Of a stretch of 43,300 bases of DNA, positions 26,740-37,720 are shown piece after piece (the stretch's first letter is position 1; each line of letters starts with the position of its first letter). The stretch lies in the NCBI GenBank assembly GCA_964014485.1, contig CAXHAT010000047.1, forward strand, positions 1-43,300, given 5' to 3'. Source of the stretch: an uncultured Deferribacteres bacterium. GTDB taxonomy: Bacteria; Zhuqueibacterota; Zhuqueibacteria; Zhuqueibacterales; Geothermadaptataceae. The notes under the pieces were generated by a model. The model worked only from the letters and a program-made list of their open reading frames with translations, was not told where the DNA came from and made no database searches. The position numbers and the translations under genes were made by a program.

Positions 26740-28407
26740 CTATACTTTCTCGGTTTCAGATTCCTTGTGCTTGCCGTTTGCGCCGTTTTCCAGTTGATCC
26801 TGGAAGCGGCTTTTGGCGATAAATTTATCAAACGAGTACGGGCGATTGCGCACTTTCGGGATTTCCGCAAAGTTGTGCGGATCGGGCGGTGACGTCGTGC
26901 GCCATTCCAATGTTAGAGCGCCCCAAGGATTATCGCCTGCAGGCTGACCGCGAAAAATGGAATGTACCAGGTAAATCGCCATGATGACGAAGCCCAGTCC
27001 TAAAATCCATGAGCCGTAGCTCGAAAATTCGTGATAGAGACTGTACTGCGGATCGTAGGTGGCGTAGCGCCGCGGCATCCCTTGCGCGCCCATGATAAAT
27101 TGGGTAAAAAACGTCATGTTAAAGCCGATGAAAATAATCACCGCTGTCAGCTTGCCCCAGAATTCGCTGTACATCCGTCCCCAGATTTTCGGCCACCAAT
27201 GATGCAAACCGGCGAGCAGTGCGATGACTGTGCCGCCCATCATCACGTAGTGGAAGTGCGCTACGACAAAGTATGTATCGTGCAGGTGAATATCGACCGA
27301 GATCACGCCAAGTGCGATTCCTGTAAATCCGCCTATGCTGAACAAAATCAAGAACGAAATCGCGTAGAGCATTGGCGTTGTAAATCGTATCGACCCCCCG
27401 AACATGGTGGCAATCCAGTTGAAAACCTTGATACCCGACGGAATGCCGACAAGAAACGTTAAGAACGAGAACACCATGGCGGCGAAAACCGATTGGCCGC
27501 TGGTAAACATGTGGTGTCCCCAGACAAAAAAACTGATGAGAGCAATACCGAGGCTTGAAAACGCGATGGGTTTGTACCCGAAAATTTTGCGATGTGAATG
27601 CACCGAAATTATTTCGCTGATGATTCCCATGCCTGGCAAAATCATGATGTAAACGGCGGGGTGGGAGTAGAACCAGAAAAAGTGCTGGAAGAGTACGGGA
27701 TCGCCGCCCAACGCGGGATCGAAAATGCCGATGCTGGCGACGCGTTCCAAAAACAGAAGCACCATCGTAATACCGATGACGGGCGTAGCAAGCACCTGAA
27801 TAATTGCCGTGGCATACAAGCCCCAAACAAAAAGCGGCAGCTTAAACCAGGTCAAGCCCGGCGCACGCAGCTTGTGGATCGTAACGATGAAATTAAGGCC
27901 AGTGAAGATCGAGGAGAAGCCCAGGATAAAGACACCGAACGCGGTAGAAATCACCGCGGTGTTCGTTTGGCTGCTGTAAGGCGTGTAAAAAGTCCAGCCA
28001 GTATCCGCTGCGCCCGCGAGGATGGAAAAAACGAAAAACAGCGCGCCGAGTACGTAAATGTACCAGCTCGCAAGGTTCAAGCGCGGGAACGCCACATCTT
28101 TCGCGCCCAGCATAAGCGGCATGATGATATTGCCCAACGCCGCCGGAATGCCCGGGATAATGAACAAAAAGATCATGATCGCGCCGTGCAGCGTGAAGAA
28201 CTGGTTGTAGGTGTCTTTGCCGACAAAATCGACGCCGGGCCCCAAAAGTTCTAACCTGAGCAAGACCGCGAAAATGCCGCCAAGCATAAAGAAAAAGGTC
28301 GTGCCGAAAAAATAGAGCAAACCGATTCGTTTATGATCCAGGGTCACCAGCCAGGACTTGAGGCCTTTCGGTTCGGTCAAATAGTTGACTTCTGGCAGGA
28401 CGATCAT
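26740..28407 (-). CDS. ctaD: Cytochrome c oxidase subunit I (heme-copper oxidase, type A2)
   Basis: [24 protein letters not shown] (YS motif of A2 enzymes), [17 protein letters not shown] and GMPRRY. Confidence 0.98.
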   Translation of the reverse strand: MIVLPEVNYLTEPKGLKSWLVTLDHKRIGLLYFFGTTFFFMLGGIFAVLLRLELLGPGVDFVGKDTYNQFFTLHGAIMIFLFIIPGIPAALGNIIMPLMLGAKDVAFPRLNLASWYIYVLGALFFVFSILAGAADTGWTFYTPYSSQTNTAVISTAFGVFILGFSSIFTGLNFIVTIHKLRAPGLTWFKLPLFVWGLYATAIIQVLATPVIGITMVLLFLERVASIGIFDPALGGDPVLFQHFFWFYSHPAVYIMILPGMGIISEIISVHSHRKIFGYKPIAFSSLGIALISFFVWGHHMFTSGQSVFAAMVFSFLTFLVGIPSGIKVFNWIATMFGGSIRFTTPMLYAISFLILFSIGGFTGIALGVISVDIHLHDTYFVVAHFHYVMMGGTVIALLAGLHHWWPKIWGRMYSEFWGKLTAVIIFIGFNMTFFTQFIMGAQGMPRRYATYDPQYSLYHEFSSYGSWILGLGFVIMAIYLVHSIFRGQPAGDNPWGALTLEWRTTSPPDPHNFAEIPKVRNRPYSFDKFIAKSRFQDQLENGANGKHKESETEKV

Positions 28408-28421
28408 TGGTTCTTTTTAAC

Positions 28422-29366
28422 TCACTTTAAAGTTTTAATGTATGCGATAATCGCATCAATTTCGCGATCTTTGAGCGTGCCTTGATAGGACGGCATCACA
28501 TTCAAATAGCCCGCCGTAATTCTTGCGCCGGGCGTTAAGATCGATTCCCGGATGTAGTTTTCATCGACGGTCACGGTCGAACCGTCCGTTAATTTCTCTT
28601 GCGATCCGAAAAGGCCTTGCCACGTTGGGCCGTTGCCCGTCGTTCCGTCCAGCGAGTGACAGGTGGCGCAGGCCTTGGAAGTGTAAAGTTCCTGACCATA
28701 GTCTTCGAGAGACAAATTGAACGCTCTTTCAGCCGCGCCTTCGAGCCAGTTTTGGTACATGTCCGGCTCCATAACAATCACTTTGCCGACCATCGTCGAG
28801 TGGTCAGTGCCGCAATACTCGGTACACGTCAGGTCGAATTCTCCCGTTTGGTTCGCTTCAAACCAGATCGAAGTGTATCGATTCGGCAGAACGTCCATCT
28901 TAACGCGAAACGCGGGCACGAAGAAGCTGTGAATCACGTCCTGGGAAGACATCAGTAGTTGAACCGGCTTGTTAACCGGAACGCGCAAAACATTCACTTC
29001 AACAACGCCTTCATCAGGATATTCGAAAGACCAGAACCATTTTTGACCCGTTACTTTGATTTCCATTGCGTCTTTTGGGGCGACTTGCATTTTCAAAAAG
29101 TCAGTAAATCCCCATGCAAAAATCACAAAGACGATAATGGTCGGGATAATCGTCCAGGTCAGTTCGAGCGGGATGTTGTGCGCGACGCTGGTCGTCAACT
29201 CACGCTTGCCTTTGCGGCGGTAGCGGATGGGCAAATAGATGCTGGCGGCGGTCACAATGACGAAAAGCGCCAGCGAGATATAGAAGACAAAATAGAATAG
29301 ATTGTCTATATCGCTCGCGATGGTTGACGCACCCGGCGGCATCCAAATTGTACCCGTACTATCCAT
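28422..29366 (-). CDS. ctaC: Cytochrome c oxidase subunit II with fused cytochrome c (caa3-type)
   Basis: DVIHSF, CuA motif CTEYCGTDHSTM, and C-terminal CATCH...MP heme c domain. Confidence 0.97.
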   Translation of the reverse strand: MDSTGTIWMPPGASTIASDIDNLFYFVFYISLALFVIVTAASIYLPIRYRRKGKRELTTSVAHNIPLELTWTIIPTIIVFVIFAWGFTDFLKMQVAPKDAMEIKVTGQKWFWSFEYPDEGVVEVNVLRVPVNKPVQLLMSSQDVIHSFFVPAFRVKMDVLPNRYTSIWFEANQTGEFDLTCTEYCGTDHSTMVGKVIVMEPDMYQNWLEGAAERAFNLSLEDYGQELYTSKACATCHSLDGTTGNGPTWQGLFGSQEKLTDGSTVTVDENYIRESILTPGARITAGYLNVMPSYQGTLKDREIDAIIAYIKTLK

Positions 29367-29384
29367 AAAATCGAAGTTCCTTTG

Positions 29385-30203
29385 TCAACTGTGTTTCAAA
29401 CGCTCTCGCATCCAAAGCGAGGCGAGAAAAAATCCCAAAATCGCGAGTATGATCGCGCCTCCGACGCGCATCACGTTTTGTGCAAAAACTGTGTAGCTCT
29501 TTGCATCCGGATCGTAATGGAAGCAGTAGAGCAGCAAGCGATCCAACGTATTGCCGATTTTTCCTTCCGAGGCTTCCAAAAGCCCAAGGCGAAGATCGCG
29601 CTCTTTGAAATTTATGCCGTACAGGTAGCGCGAAATCGTGCCGTCTTCACTCAGAAGATAGGCGGCGGCGGGGTGCGCATACTGTTGCTGCTGCTCATCG
29701 TAGAAATATTTAAACCCTAAAGCGTCGGCCAGCTTTGTCGATTGCGATTCTTCGCCGACCAAGAACGCCCAGCCTTCGTTTTGCATTTCCGGCTTATCCA
29801 GCGCCTTTATGTACCGGATTTGTTTGTTCAGAGCCAGTTGCGGCGTTTCGCGCGGATCAATGCTGACGGAGACCATTTGAAATTTTTCGCCTGGAATCCA
29901 ATCGAGGTCTCGTACACCCTCGGTTAAACCGTTCAGCACAAAAGTGCAGAGCATCGGGCATTCGTAGTAGACCATCGTCAGCAGCACCGGCTTGCCTTGG
30001 CCAAAGTAATCGCCAAGTCGCACGCTGTCGCCTTTTTCGTTCAAAAATTCCAGGTTGAGCGGAATTTTTTCGCCCAAATGTTCAACAATGTCGATGCCTT
30101 CCATTTCAGGAGGCTTTTCTTCGATGACTTGGGCTTGAGCGAAAGATGCGATTGTTAAAAGAACAAGCGCCAGAATCCCGGCGTTTTTTTTATGATGAAA
30201 CAT
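29385..30203 (-). CDS. SCO1/SenC-family copper chaperone
   Basis: YYECPMLC (CxxxC), VSIDPRET, YAHP and LLYCFHYDP motifs. The start is placed at ATG 30203 because the upstream extension runs through a REP-like element. Confidence 0.92.
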   Translation of the reverse strand: MFHHKKNAGILALVLLTIASFAQAQVIEEKPPEMEGIDIVEHLGEKIPLNLEFLNEKGDSVRLGDYFGQGKPVLLTMVYYECPMLCTFVLNGLTEGVRDLDWIPGEKFQMVSVSIDPRETPQLALNKQIRYIKALDKPEMQNEGWAFLVGEESQSTKLADALGFKYFYDEQQQQYAHPAAAYLLSEDGTISRYLYGINFKERDLRLGLLEASEGKIGNTLDRLLLYCFHYDPDAKSYTVFAQNVMRVGGAIILAILGFFLASLWMRERLKHS

Positions 30204-30253
30204 GACTTTAGAAGTCAAATTTTTGAGCGATGACTGCTCAATTTCCAAACAAA

Positions 30254-30335
30254 CTGAAGTTTGAACTACAAACGACGGTGCGTTCTTCTGCTCCGAGCGT
30301 AAGGGAAGCACTATCGTTTGTAGTTCAAGCTTTAG
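30254..30335. repeat. Inverted repeat pair (GTAG-containing REP-like)
   Basis: CTGAAGTTTGAACTACAAACGA and TCGTTTGTAGTTCAAGCTTTAG, 22 bp with 2 mismatches. Confidence 0.75.
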
Positions 30336-30361
30336 CTTGCTTCATACAAGCCAGCAGTACT

Positions 30362-30386
30362 GGATTCCCGCCTGCGCGGGAATGAC
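30362..30386. repeat. ATTCCC-N8-GGGAAT palindromic repeat
   Basis: GGATTCCCGCCTGCGCGGGAATGAC; the same core occurs at 32611-32632. Confidence 0.85.
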
Positions 30387-30403
30387 AAAACCTCAGAGAG
30401 CGA

Positions 30404-30736
30404 TTATTCGTTTTTGTATTCCGTTGCGATTTTTGCCATGGCCGAATCGATAGGCATGGTAAATCCGCCGTCATCACGACGATTATAGTTGGTCAACACG
30501 CTGTCTTCTTTAGCCAGCATTTGTTTGAGCTCTTCCGATTCCGGCTGCAAAACCAACTCATACACTTTCTGTTCTTTCGCGTAGATAAAATATTCGTTCA
30601 AGCCGATAACGATGATGATCGTCCCGAAAAAAATGAGCGCGCCGATCCACAAGAGCGTGATCCAGCTAATATCCCTGACTTCGTAGTCGAGATTTTTGTC
30701 CGCTCCGGCGTAATATGTTTTTTTTCTTTTGTCCAT
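30404..30736 (-). CDS. Small single-TM protein, ActG-like subunit of alternative complex III
   Basis: One TM helix, YEVRD N-terminal motif and C-terminal MPIDSAM; sits between actF and the SCO gene. Confidence 0.65.
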   Translation of the reverse strand: MDKRKKTYYAGADKNLDYEVRDISWITLLWIGALIFFGTIIIVIGLNEYFIYAKEQKVYELVLQPESEELKQMLAKEDSVLTNYNRRDDGGFTMPIDSAMAKIATEYKNE

Positions 30737-30744
30737 TTTCGAAG

Positions 30745-31941
30745 CTACGCGTTGATGAATCGAATTGAGTCTTCAAACTTGGGATCGTTCGCCGGCACCA
30801 TCGCTTGTGCGGCAAAACGTCTCCAGAATAGCCAAATAAATATCCCGCCAATTCCAACCATCGTCGCCAGGTCGAGCCACAAACCGGAAATGCTCACGCC
30901 GTGTTTGTGCAGCGTTGGCAGGACAATCCAGTGCAAATCGACGTAATGAATGAACAGGTACCAGAAGCTCATGATTTTCAGTAGCTTGAGGTTGCGTTTC
31001 GCCGCGCGCGTCATCATGATTAGAAAAGGAACAGCGAAATGGCCAAAACCAATGAGCAGGCTCACGCCGACCCAAGAGCCGTGCCAGCGGTGCAAGTAAA
31101 ACGCGACCTCTTCCGGTATATTGCCATACCAAATGAGAAAATATTGTGAAAATGCGATGTATGCCCAGAATACAGTGAACGCAAAAAGCAGCTTGCCAAG
31201 ATCGTGATAATGTTCGATGGTAATCGTATTTTCAAGCACGCCTTTTTTGCGCAGTCCCAGAGCGACAAGCGTCGTCACGGCAAGCATGCCGAGGAAGGAG
31301 CCTGTAAAAATGTAAACGCCGAAGATCGTTGAGTACCAGTGCGGGTCGAGGGACATTAGCCAATCGAAAGCCGCGAAGGTGAGCGTGACGGCGAAAACAA
31401 CCATCCCGGGCGCACTGATTTGGCGCATTCTTTCGGCGATTTTTTTATCGCCGGTTTCATCCTGCTGCACCGATTTTTTGAAAAGTATTCGGCCGAGAAA
31501 AAACCAAATCACAAAGTAGCCGACGGTGCGAATGTAGAAAAACGGCTGATTTAGATAGCCGGTTTTCTGTGAAAGCAATTTGTCCTGCGCCACATATTCT
31601 TCGTGCGTCCAATGATACAAATCGTGCATTCCAAGCACAATCGGCAGGAAGAAAATGAGCATGAAGGGCAAAACCATCATCAACGATTCGGAAATCCGCC
31701 GAATCACCACGCTCCAGGTCGCGCCCACAAGATGGTGCAGCATAGAAAAAAACAAGCCGCCGAGGCCAATTGTCACCCAGAAGACAAAGGCGGTCAAATA
31801 CGAAAAGAAAAACTGCTCTTTTTGTACAAAAAATCCAATTGCGCTCACAACTAAACCGGCGACGCCGACCATCAACGCAATTCTTCCCGGATTCAAGTCC
31901 TTAGGAAATTCAAAACTGTCTCTCACAGACGGGGTATGCAT
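30745..31941 (-). CDS. actF: Alternative complex III membrane subunit ActF
   Basis: About 10 TM helices, DWLMSLDPHWYSTIFG and QYFLIWYGNIPEE motifs. Confidence 0.92.
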   Translation of the reverse strand: MHTPSVRDSFEFPKDLNPGRIALMVGVAGLVVSAIGFFVQKEQFFFSYLTAFVFWVTIGLGGLFFSMLHHLVGATWSVVIRRISESLMMVLPFMLIFFLPIVLGMHDLYHWTHEEYVAQDKLLSQKTGYLNQPFFYIRTVGYFVIWFFLGRILFKKSVQQDETGDKKIAERMRQISAPGMVVFAVTLTFAAFDWLMSLDPHWYSTIFGVYIFTGSFLGMLAVTTLVALGLRKKGVLENTITIEHYHDLGKLLFAFTVFWAYIAFSQYFLIWYGNIPEEVAFYLHRWHGSWVGVSLLIGFGHFAVPFLIMMTRAAKRNLKLLKIMSFWYLFIHYVDLHWIVLPTLHKHGVSISGLWLDLATMVGIGGIFIWLFWRRFAAQAMVPANDPKFEDSIRFINA

Positions 31942-32550
31942 CTATCTTCTATCCTCCGGTACATCGTCGAGAGCGGCATTTTGGCTACGTTGGAGCGCTC
32001 TCACGTAAGCGACAATCGCCCAACGATCTTTCGGGCTGATCTGGTGCGCGTATGCGGGCATATTTCGAATGCCGTTTGAAATTACGCTATAAATATGACC
32101 GTCTTTGTAACCGCGAACGAGATCGGTGTGAAAATCCGTCGGCGGAATATAACCTTTCGATACGACTATGCCCTTGCCGTCGCCGACGCTGCCGTGGCAA
32201 GGCGTACAATAAATATTGTATCGCTCCTGGCCGCGTTTGACAACGTCCATATTGACGGTAATCGGAATCGTCGTGAGCGTATCACCGCTGGCGTCAACGC
32301 CGAAATAGAATGCCGTATCTTCGCGTAATTCGCCGCGAGCAACCGTGCCTTCCACCGGCATTCGCATCGAAGAACGGTTGGCAAAGAAATCGTTCTCGGA
32401 TTGCGGATTAAAGCGCTCAGTTTGATCCATATTGGGATTAATGTGGATCGGAGGCTTGTCCGAGGGACGGCCTTGATAACACGCACTCACTGCAACAGCG
32501 AAAAGTACGGTCAGAAAATTTTTCAAATGCGTTCGAGATTTCATTCGCAC
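31942..32550 (-). CDS. actE: Alternative complex III monoheme cytochrome c lipoprotein ActE
   Basis: Lipobox VSAC, PVEGTVARG, GQERYNIYCTPCH, MPAY and DRWAIVAY motifs. Confidence 0.92.
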   Translation of the reverse strand: MRMKSRTHLKNFLTVLFAVAVSACYQGRPSDKPPIHINPNMDQTERFNPQSENDFFANRSSMRMPVEGTVARGELREDTAFYFGVDASGDTLTTIPITVNMDVVKRGQERYNIYCTPCHGSVGDGKGIVVSKGYIPPTDFHTDLVRGYKDGHIYSVISNGIRNMPAYAHQISPKDRWAIVAYVRALQRSQNAALDDVPEDRR

Positions 32551-32566
32551 TCAATTATCCTACAAT

Positions 32567-32632
32567 GTCGTTCCCGCGCAGGCGGGAATCTAAAAATGGG
32601 CGTGTCGTCAGGATTCCCGCCTGCGCGGGAAT
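32567..32632. repeat. Inverted pair of TTCCC-N8-GGGAAT palindromes (REPIN-like)
   Basis: GTCGTTCCCGCGCAGGCGGGAATC, a 20-bp spacer, then GGATTCCCGCCTGCGCGGGAAT. Confidence 0.85.
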
Positions 32633-32647
32633 ATCGCTACTCAGAAA

Positions 32648-33211
32648 TTAGCCTTCCGTCGCGCGAATGACTTCCACGTGCTTCGCGCCGATGGTTGTAA
32701 AAAAATCTTGCGTCTTTTGCTCGTCGAATTTCTCGTCTTCCGCTTCAACGCTCACAAAAAATCCGTCGTCCGTCGCTTTCTCGAAATGATCGGAATAGAA
32801 GAGATTGTTGAACCACTGCGGCAGCTTGTTCAAATGGAACATGCCGAACACCGCGCCAAAGGCTGCGAGCAAAATGGTCAGTTCAAAAGTGACGGGGACA
32901 AAAGCTTGCCCGCTTAAAAACGGTTTGCCCGAGATCACGAGAGGGTAAGCCGTCGTTGCGACCCAGGCTTGCAAAAGAAAACCGCCTGTGCCGCCGGCTG
33001 CAGCCATTGCGAATACGATGAAGCCCAAAATCGACGGCTTCATGCCCATCGCATCGTCCATGCCGTGAATAGGGAACGGTGAGTGACAGTCAAATTTTTT
33101 AAATCCCTCATCGCGCGTTTTCTCAGCGGCGTGGAGCAGTTCACCGGGGTTCTCAAATTCAGCGAGAACGCCGAGCGGCTCGTCTTTTCTTCTTCTTTTT
33201 TTCTTCGCCAT
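32648..33211 (-). CDS. actD: Alternative complex III subunit ActD (DUF3341)
   Basis: HSPFPIHGMD, YPLVISGKP and FVPVTFELTIL motifs. Confidence 0.92.
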   Translation of the reverse strand: MAKKKRRRKDEPLGVLAEFENPGELLHAAEKTRDEGFKKFDCHSPFPIHGMDDAMGMKPSILGFIVFAMAAAGGTGGFLLQAWVATTAYPLVISGKPFLSGQAFVPVTFELTILLAAFGAVFGMFHLNKLPQWFNNLFYSDHFEKATDDGFFVSVEAEDEKFDEQKTQDFFTTIGAKHVEVIRATEG

Positions 33212-33214
33212 GGT

Positions 33215-34657
33215 TTAACTCTCCGCCTTCGCAGCTTCCGCGCTGGAAGATGGTGCGGCGTGATGACCGTTTGTGTGATAACTATGCGGATCAGCCTGCG
33301 GCAAAACGCCTTTCACTTCAGCGATGGCGACCATCGGGAAATGCCGCAAGAACAGGAGAAAAAATGTGAAAAATATGCCGAACGTCCCGACATAAATGCC
33401 AACGTCGTAAATGGTCGGCGAAAAATAGTCCCAGCTTGTCGGAAGAAAGTCTTGCGACAGGGAGGTGATCACGATGACAAAACGCTCGAACCACATGCCG
33501 ATGTTGATGAAAATTGTAGCTACGAACATAACCGGAATGTTGCGCCGCAGTCGCTTCGACCAGAATATCTGCGGCACCACCACATTACAGAAGATCATTG
33601 TCCAGTAAGCCCAAGCGTACGGACCCGTCGCTCGATTGAGAAAGATCGATTGCTCGAACGGGTTGCCGCTGTACCATGCGACGAACATCTCGCAGGCGTA
33701 AGCATAGCCGACCATCATGCCGGTTGCAAGCATGATTTTGTTCATCGCATCAAGGTGACGAACGGTAATAATGTGTTCGAGCTTGTAAATTTTACGGGCT
33801 ATAATGCCGAGCGTCATCACCATGGCGAAGCCGGAGAAAATTGCACCTGCAACAAAGTAGGGCGGGAAAATGGTCGTGTGCCAGCCGGGAATCACGCTCA
33901 CGGCAAAGTCAAAGCTAACGACGCTATGCACGGAAAGCACAAGCGGCGTGGAAATGCCTGCCAAAATCAGATACGCGCGTTCATAGTGCTGCCAATGCCG
34001 GTTGCCGCCTCGCCAGCCAAGAGAAAGCGCGCCGAGCACGACTTTGCGAATGCCTTTCTTGGCCCTGTCCCGTAAAGTGGCAAAGTCAGGAATAAGGCCG
34101 ACATACCAGAAAAGCAATGAAACGGTAAAGTAGGTGCCGACGGCGAACACGTCCCAGAGCAGCGGACTGCGGAAATTCGGCCACATGTCCATTTGATTTG
34201 GCAGCGGAAACATAAAGTAAGCCACCCAGACGCGCCCGACGTGAATGCCGGGAAACACGAGCGCACAGATGACCGCAAAAATTGTCATGGCTTCCGCGAA
34301 ACGGTTAATCGCCGTACGCCAGCGCTGCCGGAAAAGGAACAAAATCGCCGAAATCAGAGTTCCGGCGTGGCCGATGCCGACCCACCAGACAAAGTTGATG
34401 ATCGCCCAACCCCATCCCGCCGGGTTATTTACGCCCCAGATGCCGGTGCCTTCCCAAAACAGGTAGCCGATCATCGAAACGCCCATCAACGCCGTCAGTC
34501 CGGAAAGGCCGAACAGGACGTACCAAAGTTTCGGCGTCCCGCCTTCGGGAATTCGGCTAATATCTTCCGTGACGGAATGGAATGTTGGATTGCCTTCTAC
34601 CAGACAATCTTCATTTTCCGCTGCAACGGCTGTGTCATTGACTGCTGTCGTACTCAC
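33215..34657 (-). CDS. actC: Alternative complex III quinol-binding subunit ActC (NrfD/PsrC family)
   Basis: [35 protein letters not shown] and GMWFERFVI motifs. Confidence 0.96.
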   Translation of the reverse strand: MSTTAVNDTAVAAENEDCLVEGNPTFHSVTEDISRIPEGGTPKLWYVLFGLSGLTALMGVSMIGYLFWEGTGIWGVNNPAGWGWAIINFVWWVGIGHAGTLISAILFLFRQRWRTAINRFAEAMTIFAVICALVFPGIHVGRVWVAYFMFPLPNQMDMWPNFRSPLLWDVFAVGTYFTVSLLFWYVGLIPDFATLRDRAKKGIRKVVLGALSLGWRGGNRHWQHYERAYLILAGISTPLVLSVHSVVSFDFAVSVIPGWHTTIFPPYFVAGAIFSGFAMVMTLGIIARKIYKLEHIITVRHLDAMNKIMLATGMMVGYAYACEMFVAWYSGNPFEQSIFLNRATGPYAWAYWTMIFCNVVVPQIFWSKRLRRNIPVMFVATIFINIGMWFERFVIVITSLSQDFLPTSWDYFSPTIYDVGIYVGTFGIFFTFFLLFLRHFPMVAIAEVKGVLPQADPHSYHTNGHHAAPSSSAEAAKAES

Positions 34658-34681
34658 TATCGTTCCTTTGTTAGAAAAGGA

Positions 34682-37600
34682 TTACGCACTTGTTTCTTCT
34701 AATTCAGGATTCGGATTCCGCAACTTCGCGAGGAAAGTTGTTCGCGTGCGCAAATTCAGCTCGGAGAGCATTTCATAGTTTTTATTTTGCTGCTTGATCT
34801 TTGAGACCATGCTGTCCGGATTGTTAATGTCGCCAAAAACAATCGCGTCCGTCGGACACGTCTGCTGGCACGCAGTCTGAATCGCGCCGTCCGCCAGCGG
34901 TTCGCCGGATTTCTTTGCCGCGTACTTGCCTTCGTTAATCCGCTGTACGCAATAGGTGCATTTTTCCATTACGCCGCGAAAACGAACAGTCACGTTCGGG
35001 TTGCTCGCCATTTGCACGATTTCAGGCGTGTCTTTGGTATAATTGTAAAAATTGAATCGGCGTACTTTGTAAGGACAGTTGTTGGCGCAATAACGCGTAC
35101 CGATACAGCGATTGTAGACCATTGAATTCAGGCCTTCATCGTCATGCACCGTCGCAGCGACCGGGCAAACTTGTTCGCACGGAGCCATTTCGCACTGTTG
35201 GCACGCTACAGGCTGGTAAACCATTTTCGGATTATCGAAATCCTCGCCTTCAAAATAGCGATCAAGACGGATCCAGTGCATTTCACGGCCGCGATCGACT
35301 TCTTCTTTGCCGACAATCGGAATATTATTTTCGCTTTGGCAGGCGACAGTGCAGGCGTTACAGCCGGTGCAATTGTTCAAATCAATGGCCATGCCCCATT
35401 GATAGCCTGTGTCATACTTATGTTCGTTCCAGGAACTCTGATAGCGCCCGTTTTCGTGTTTGATAGAATCTAGGTGCGGATATTGATCGGTTTCCGTCGC
35501 GAAATCAGGATTGTCTTTATATTCTTCAAGCGAAGCCTGACGGAAAAGCTGACGGCTTTCGTCAATTTGGTCGAGCGCAAAATGGTCCTGCGTGCTGACC
35601 AGATTGTATGTTCCGCCGCTCGCGGTGATTTGCAAGCCGACGCCGTAATCCTGCGCGTCAGAAGTACGCAAGGCATAGGCGTTAAACCCGACGTTGTCTC
35701 CGACTCTGCCCGCCTGTGCGCGACCAAAGCCAAGCTCAATCGCTACGCTGTAGTCCGCCTGGCCTGGTAAAATCCAGACAGGAGCGTCAACAACGCGGTC
35801 CTTAAAACCAAGGCTCACGACGTCGCCGTTTTTGACGCCGATTTCCTTCGCCAATTTCATGCTAATGAGCGCGGCATTGTCCCAAGTCAATTTTGTCACC
35901 GGATCAGGCAGTTCCTGCATCCAGCCGTTGTTCACGTAACGCCCGTCAAATGCTGAATTTGACGCTGTAAAAGTAATTTCAAGGTTGTCTTTTGTCGCCG
36001 AATCGGAAGAAATTGGATTAGCGTCTAAGCGGCGCTTTAAGGCAAGGCCGTCAACAGGGGCGTTGATGGCGGTTAATTCGCTGTCGGCCAGAATGCCGTC
36101 GTGCAGAACGCGTCGCCATTCCAATTCCGCCGGGCCAAAGTTCATGGCTGACTGCCACGTCTCGCGCACAACTTCGTAGCCAGGCAAATCAGTGCCGTTG
36201 ACGACTAAATTTAAAACTTCAACGTGACTGTGACTGTCAAAAAGCGGAGCGATCAGGGGTTGAACAACGCTCATCGCGCCGTTCGCAGCGCGCGCGTCGC
36301 CCCAAGCCTCGAGAAAGTGAGTTCCCGGAATGCTCCAGTGCGCCTTCGCATACGTTTCGTTACTTTGCACGCTGAGACCGATAACTGTCTCAACGTTGCT
36401 CAACGCATTCGCAAAATCCAAATCCGCCGGGGAATCATAAACCGGATTCCCTCCCAAAATAACCAGAGTCGAAATATTACCCGCACTCATCTCCTCCGCC
36501 AGCGCCGTCATCGCGCCCCGACTGGAAGTGGATTTATCTTGTAAAGGATAGTATGAAATCGTTGCGCCGTTATTTTGCAGCGCATCGTTTATCGCATAAA
36601 CCAGAGCGTGCAGCGAAGCAGATTGCCGTCTGCCGGCGACAACGATGCTCTTGCCGCGCGCCCGTCGCAGATCTTTCGCAACGGCAGTAATCCATTTTGC
36701 CGCTTCGTCGCCGAGATTGTGCGAAGAAAATTTGTTGAGCGTATCCGCGATTGGCAGATTTGAGCCTTGTCTGCGCAACTCAACCGCCAGTGCTGCGGCG
36801 AACGCTTCAATCTGTTTTCCTTGTAAAGGAAGACGGTGATCCGCCATCGCACCGGTCACGGTAAAAGTGCTCTCAACCACATAGAGCCGGTTCATTTCTT
36901 CGGCTTCCGTTTCTACGCGACGCTTTTTCGAAAAACCTTTTGAATTCGCAACATCATCGCTTTCGCCCAAAAACAAATCTGCATCGAGGGAAAGTACAAC
37001 GTCCGCTTTATCATAATGATAGACCGGCTGCATTGCAGCGCCCGTGGCCGCCTTGACGCCTTCAAAAACGTTCTCGTCATTGACCGGGCTGTACGTCGCC
37101 CATTTGGCTTGCGGAAACGCCTGCTCAAAATCGCGCTTCAAGCGCGCGAGGGTCGGCGACGAAAATTCTTCAGTCAAAATCGCGAGGCCGCGACCCTGTT
37201 CGCTCTGAAAATTCGGGTAAACGTCCTGCCAAAACTCGACGAATTCCGCCCACGTCTTTTCGTACTCGCCGTTCATGATTTTGGCGGGACGGTCAGGGTC
37301 GTACATGTTCAGAATTTCGGCCTGCTGAAACGCGTTGGAAGCGCCAAGGCTGGACGGATGGTTGGGATTGCCTTCAATCTTGGTCGGACGACCTTCGTGG
37401 CTCTCAACGAGAATGCCGTATGCGTTCGCGCCAAGCGGCATCGTCGATGCGTAGAACCTTGGAACGCCGGGAATGACAGTTTCCGGGGCTTTAACGTAAG
37501 GCACGATTTTCTCAACAGGACGGCGACATCCCGCCAAACCAGCCAGTGCGGTCGAAGCGCCCATCAGGCGCAGAAAAGTCCGCCGCGTCACAGGGTTTGT

Positions 37601-37720
37601 CATCTCGGACGCGCCCTGCGGAAATTCGCGATGGAGAAAGTCTTTAAATTCCGGAGTTTCAGCAAGCTCGTCAAGACTGCGCCAATATTGCTTGCCTTTC
37701 AGGTCTTTTAGAAGTGACAT
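34682..37720 (-). CDS. actB: Alternative complex III subunit ActB (molybdopterin-oxidoreductase-like domain fused to an Fe-S domain)
   Basis: YWRSL, Tat signal TRRTFLRLMGAS...AGC, EGRPTKIEGNP; Fe-S motifs CTGCNACTVAC, CQQCEMAPCEQVC, CIGTRYCANNC and CTYC...CQQTCP. The start overlaps the end of actA. Confidence 0.95.
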   Translation of the reverse strand: MSLLKDLKGKQYWRSLDELAETPEFKDFLHREFPQGASEMTNPVTRRTFLRLMGASTALAGLAGCRRPVEKIVPYVKAPETVIPGVPRFYASTMPLGANAYGILVESHEGRPTKIEGNPNHPSSLGASNAFQQAEILNMYDPDRPAKIMNGEYEKTWAEFVEFWQDVYPNFQSEQGRGLAILTEEFSSPTLARLKRDFEQAFPQAKWATYSPVNDENVFEGVKAATGAAMQPVYHYDKADVVLSLDADLFLGESDDVANSKGFSKKRRVETEAEEMNRLYVVESTFTVTGAMADHRLPLQGKQIEAFAAALAVELRRQGSNLPIADTLNKFSSHNLGDEAAKWITAVAKDLRRARGKSIVVAGRRQSASLHALVYAINDALQNNGATISYYPLQDKSTSSRGAMTALAEEMSAGNISTLVILGGNPVYDSPADLDFANALSNVETVIGLSVQSNETYAKAHWSIPGTHFLEAWGDARAANGAMSVVQPLIAPLFDSHSHVEVLNLVVNGTDLPGYEVVRETWQSAMNFGPAELEWRRVLHDGILADSELTAINAPVDGLALKRRLDANPISSDSATKDNLEITFTASNSAFDGRYVNNGWMQELPDPVTKLTWDNAALISMKLAKEIGVKNGDVVSLGFKDRVVDAPVWILPGQADYSVAIELGFGRAQAGRVGDNVGFNAYALRTSDAQDYGVGLQITASGGTYNLVSTQDHFALDQIDESRQLFRQASLEEYKDNPDFATETDQYPHLDSIKHENGRYQSSWNEHKYDTGYQWGMAIDLNNCTGCNACTVACQSENNIPIVGKEEVDRGREMHWIRLDRYFEGEDFDNPKMVYQPVACQQCEMAPCEQVCPVAATVHDDEGLNSMVYNRCIGTRYCANNCPYKVRRFNFYNYTKDTPEIVQMASNPNVTVRFRGVMEKCTYCVQRINEGKYAAKKSGEPLADGAIQTACQQTCPTDAIVFGDINNPDSMVSKIKQQNKNYEMLSELNLRTRTTFLAKLRNPNPELEETSA

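Noticed and set aside
34682..37720. ActB as a catalytic molybdoenzyme
   Set aside because: Context and motifs identify it as ActB, whose molybdopterin-like domain is known to lack the cofactor.
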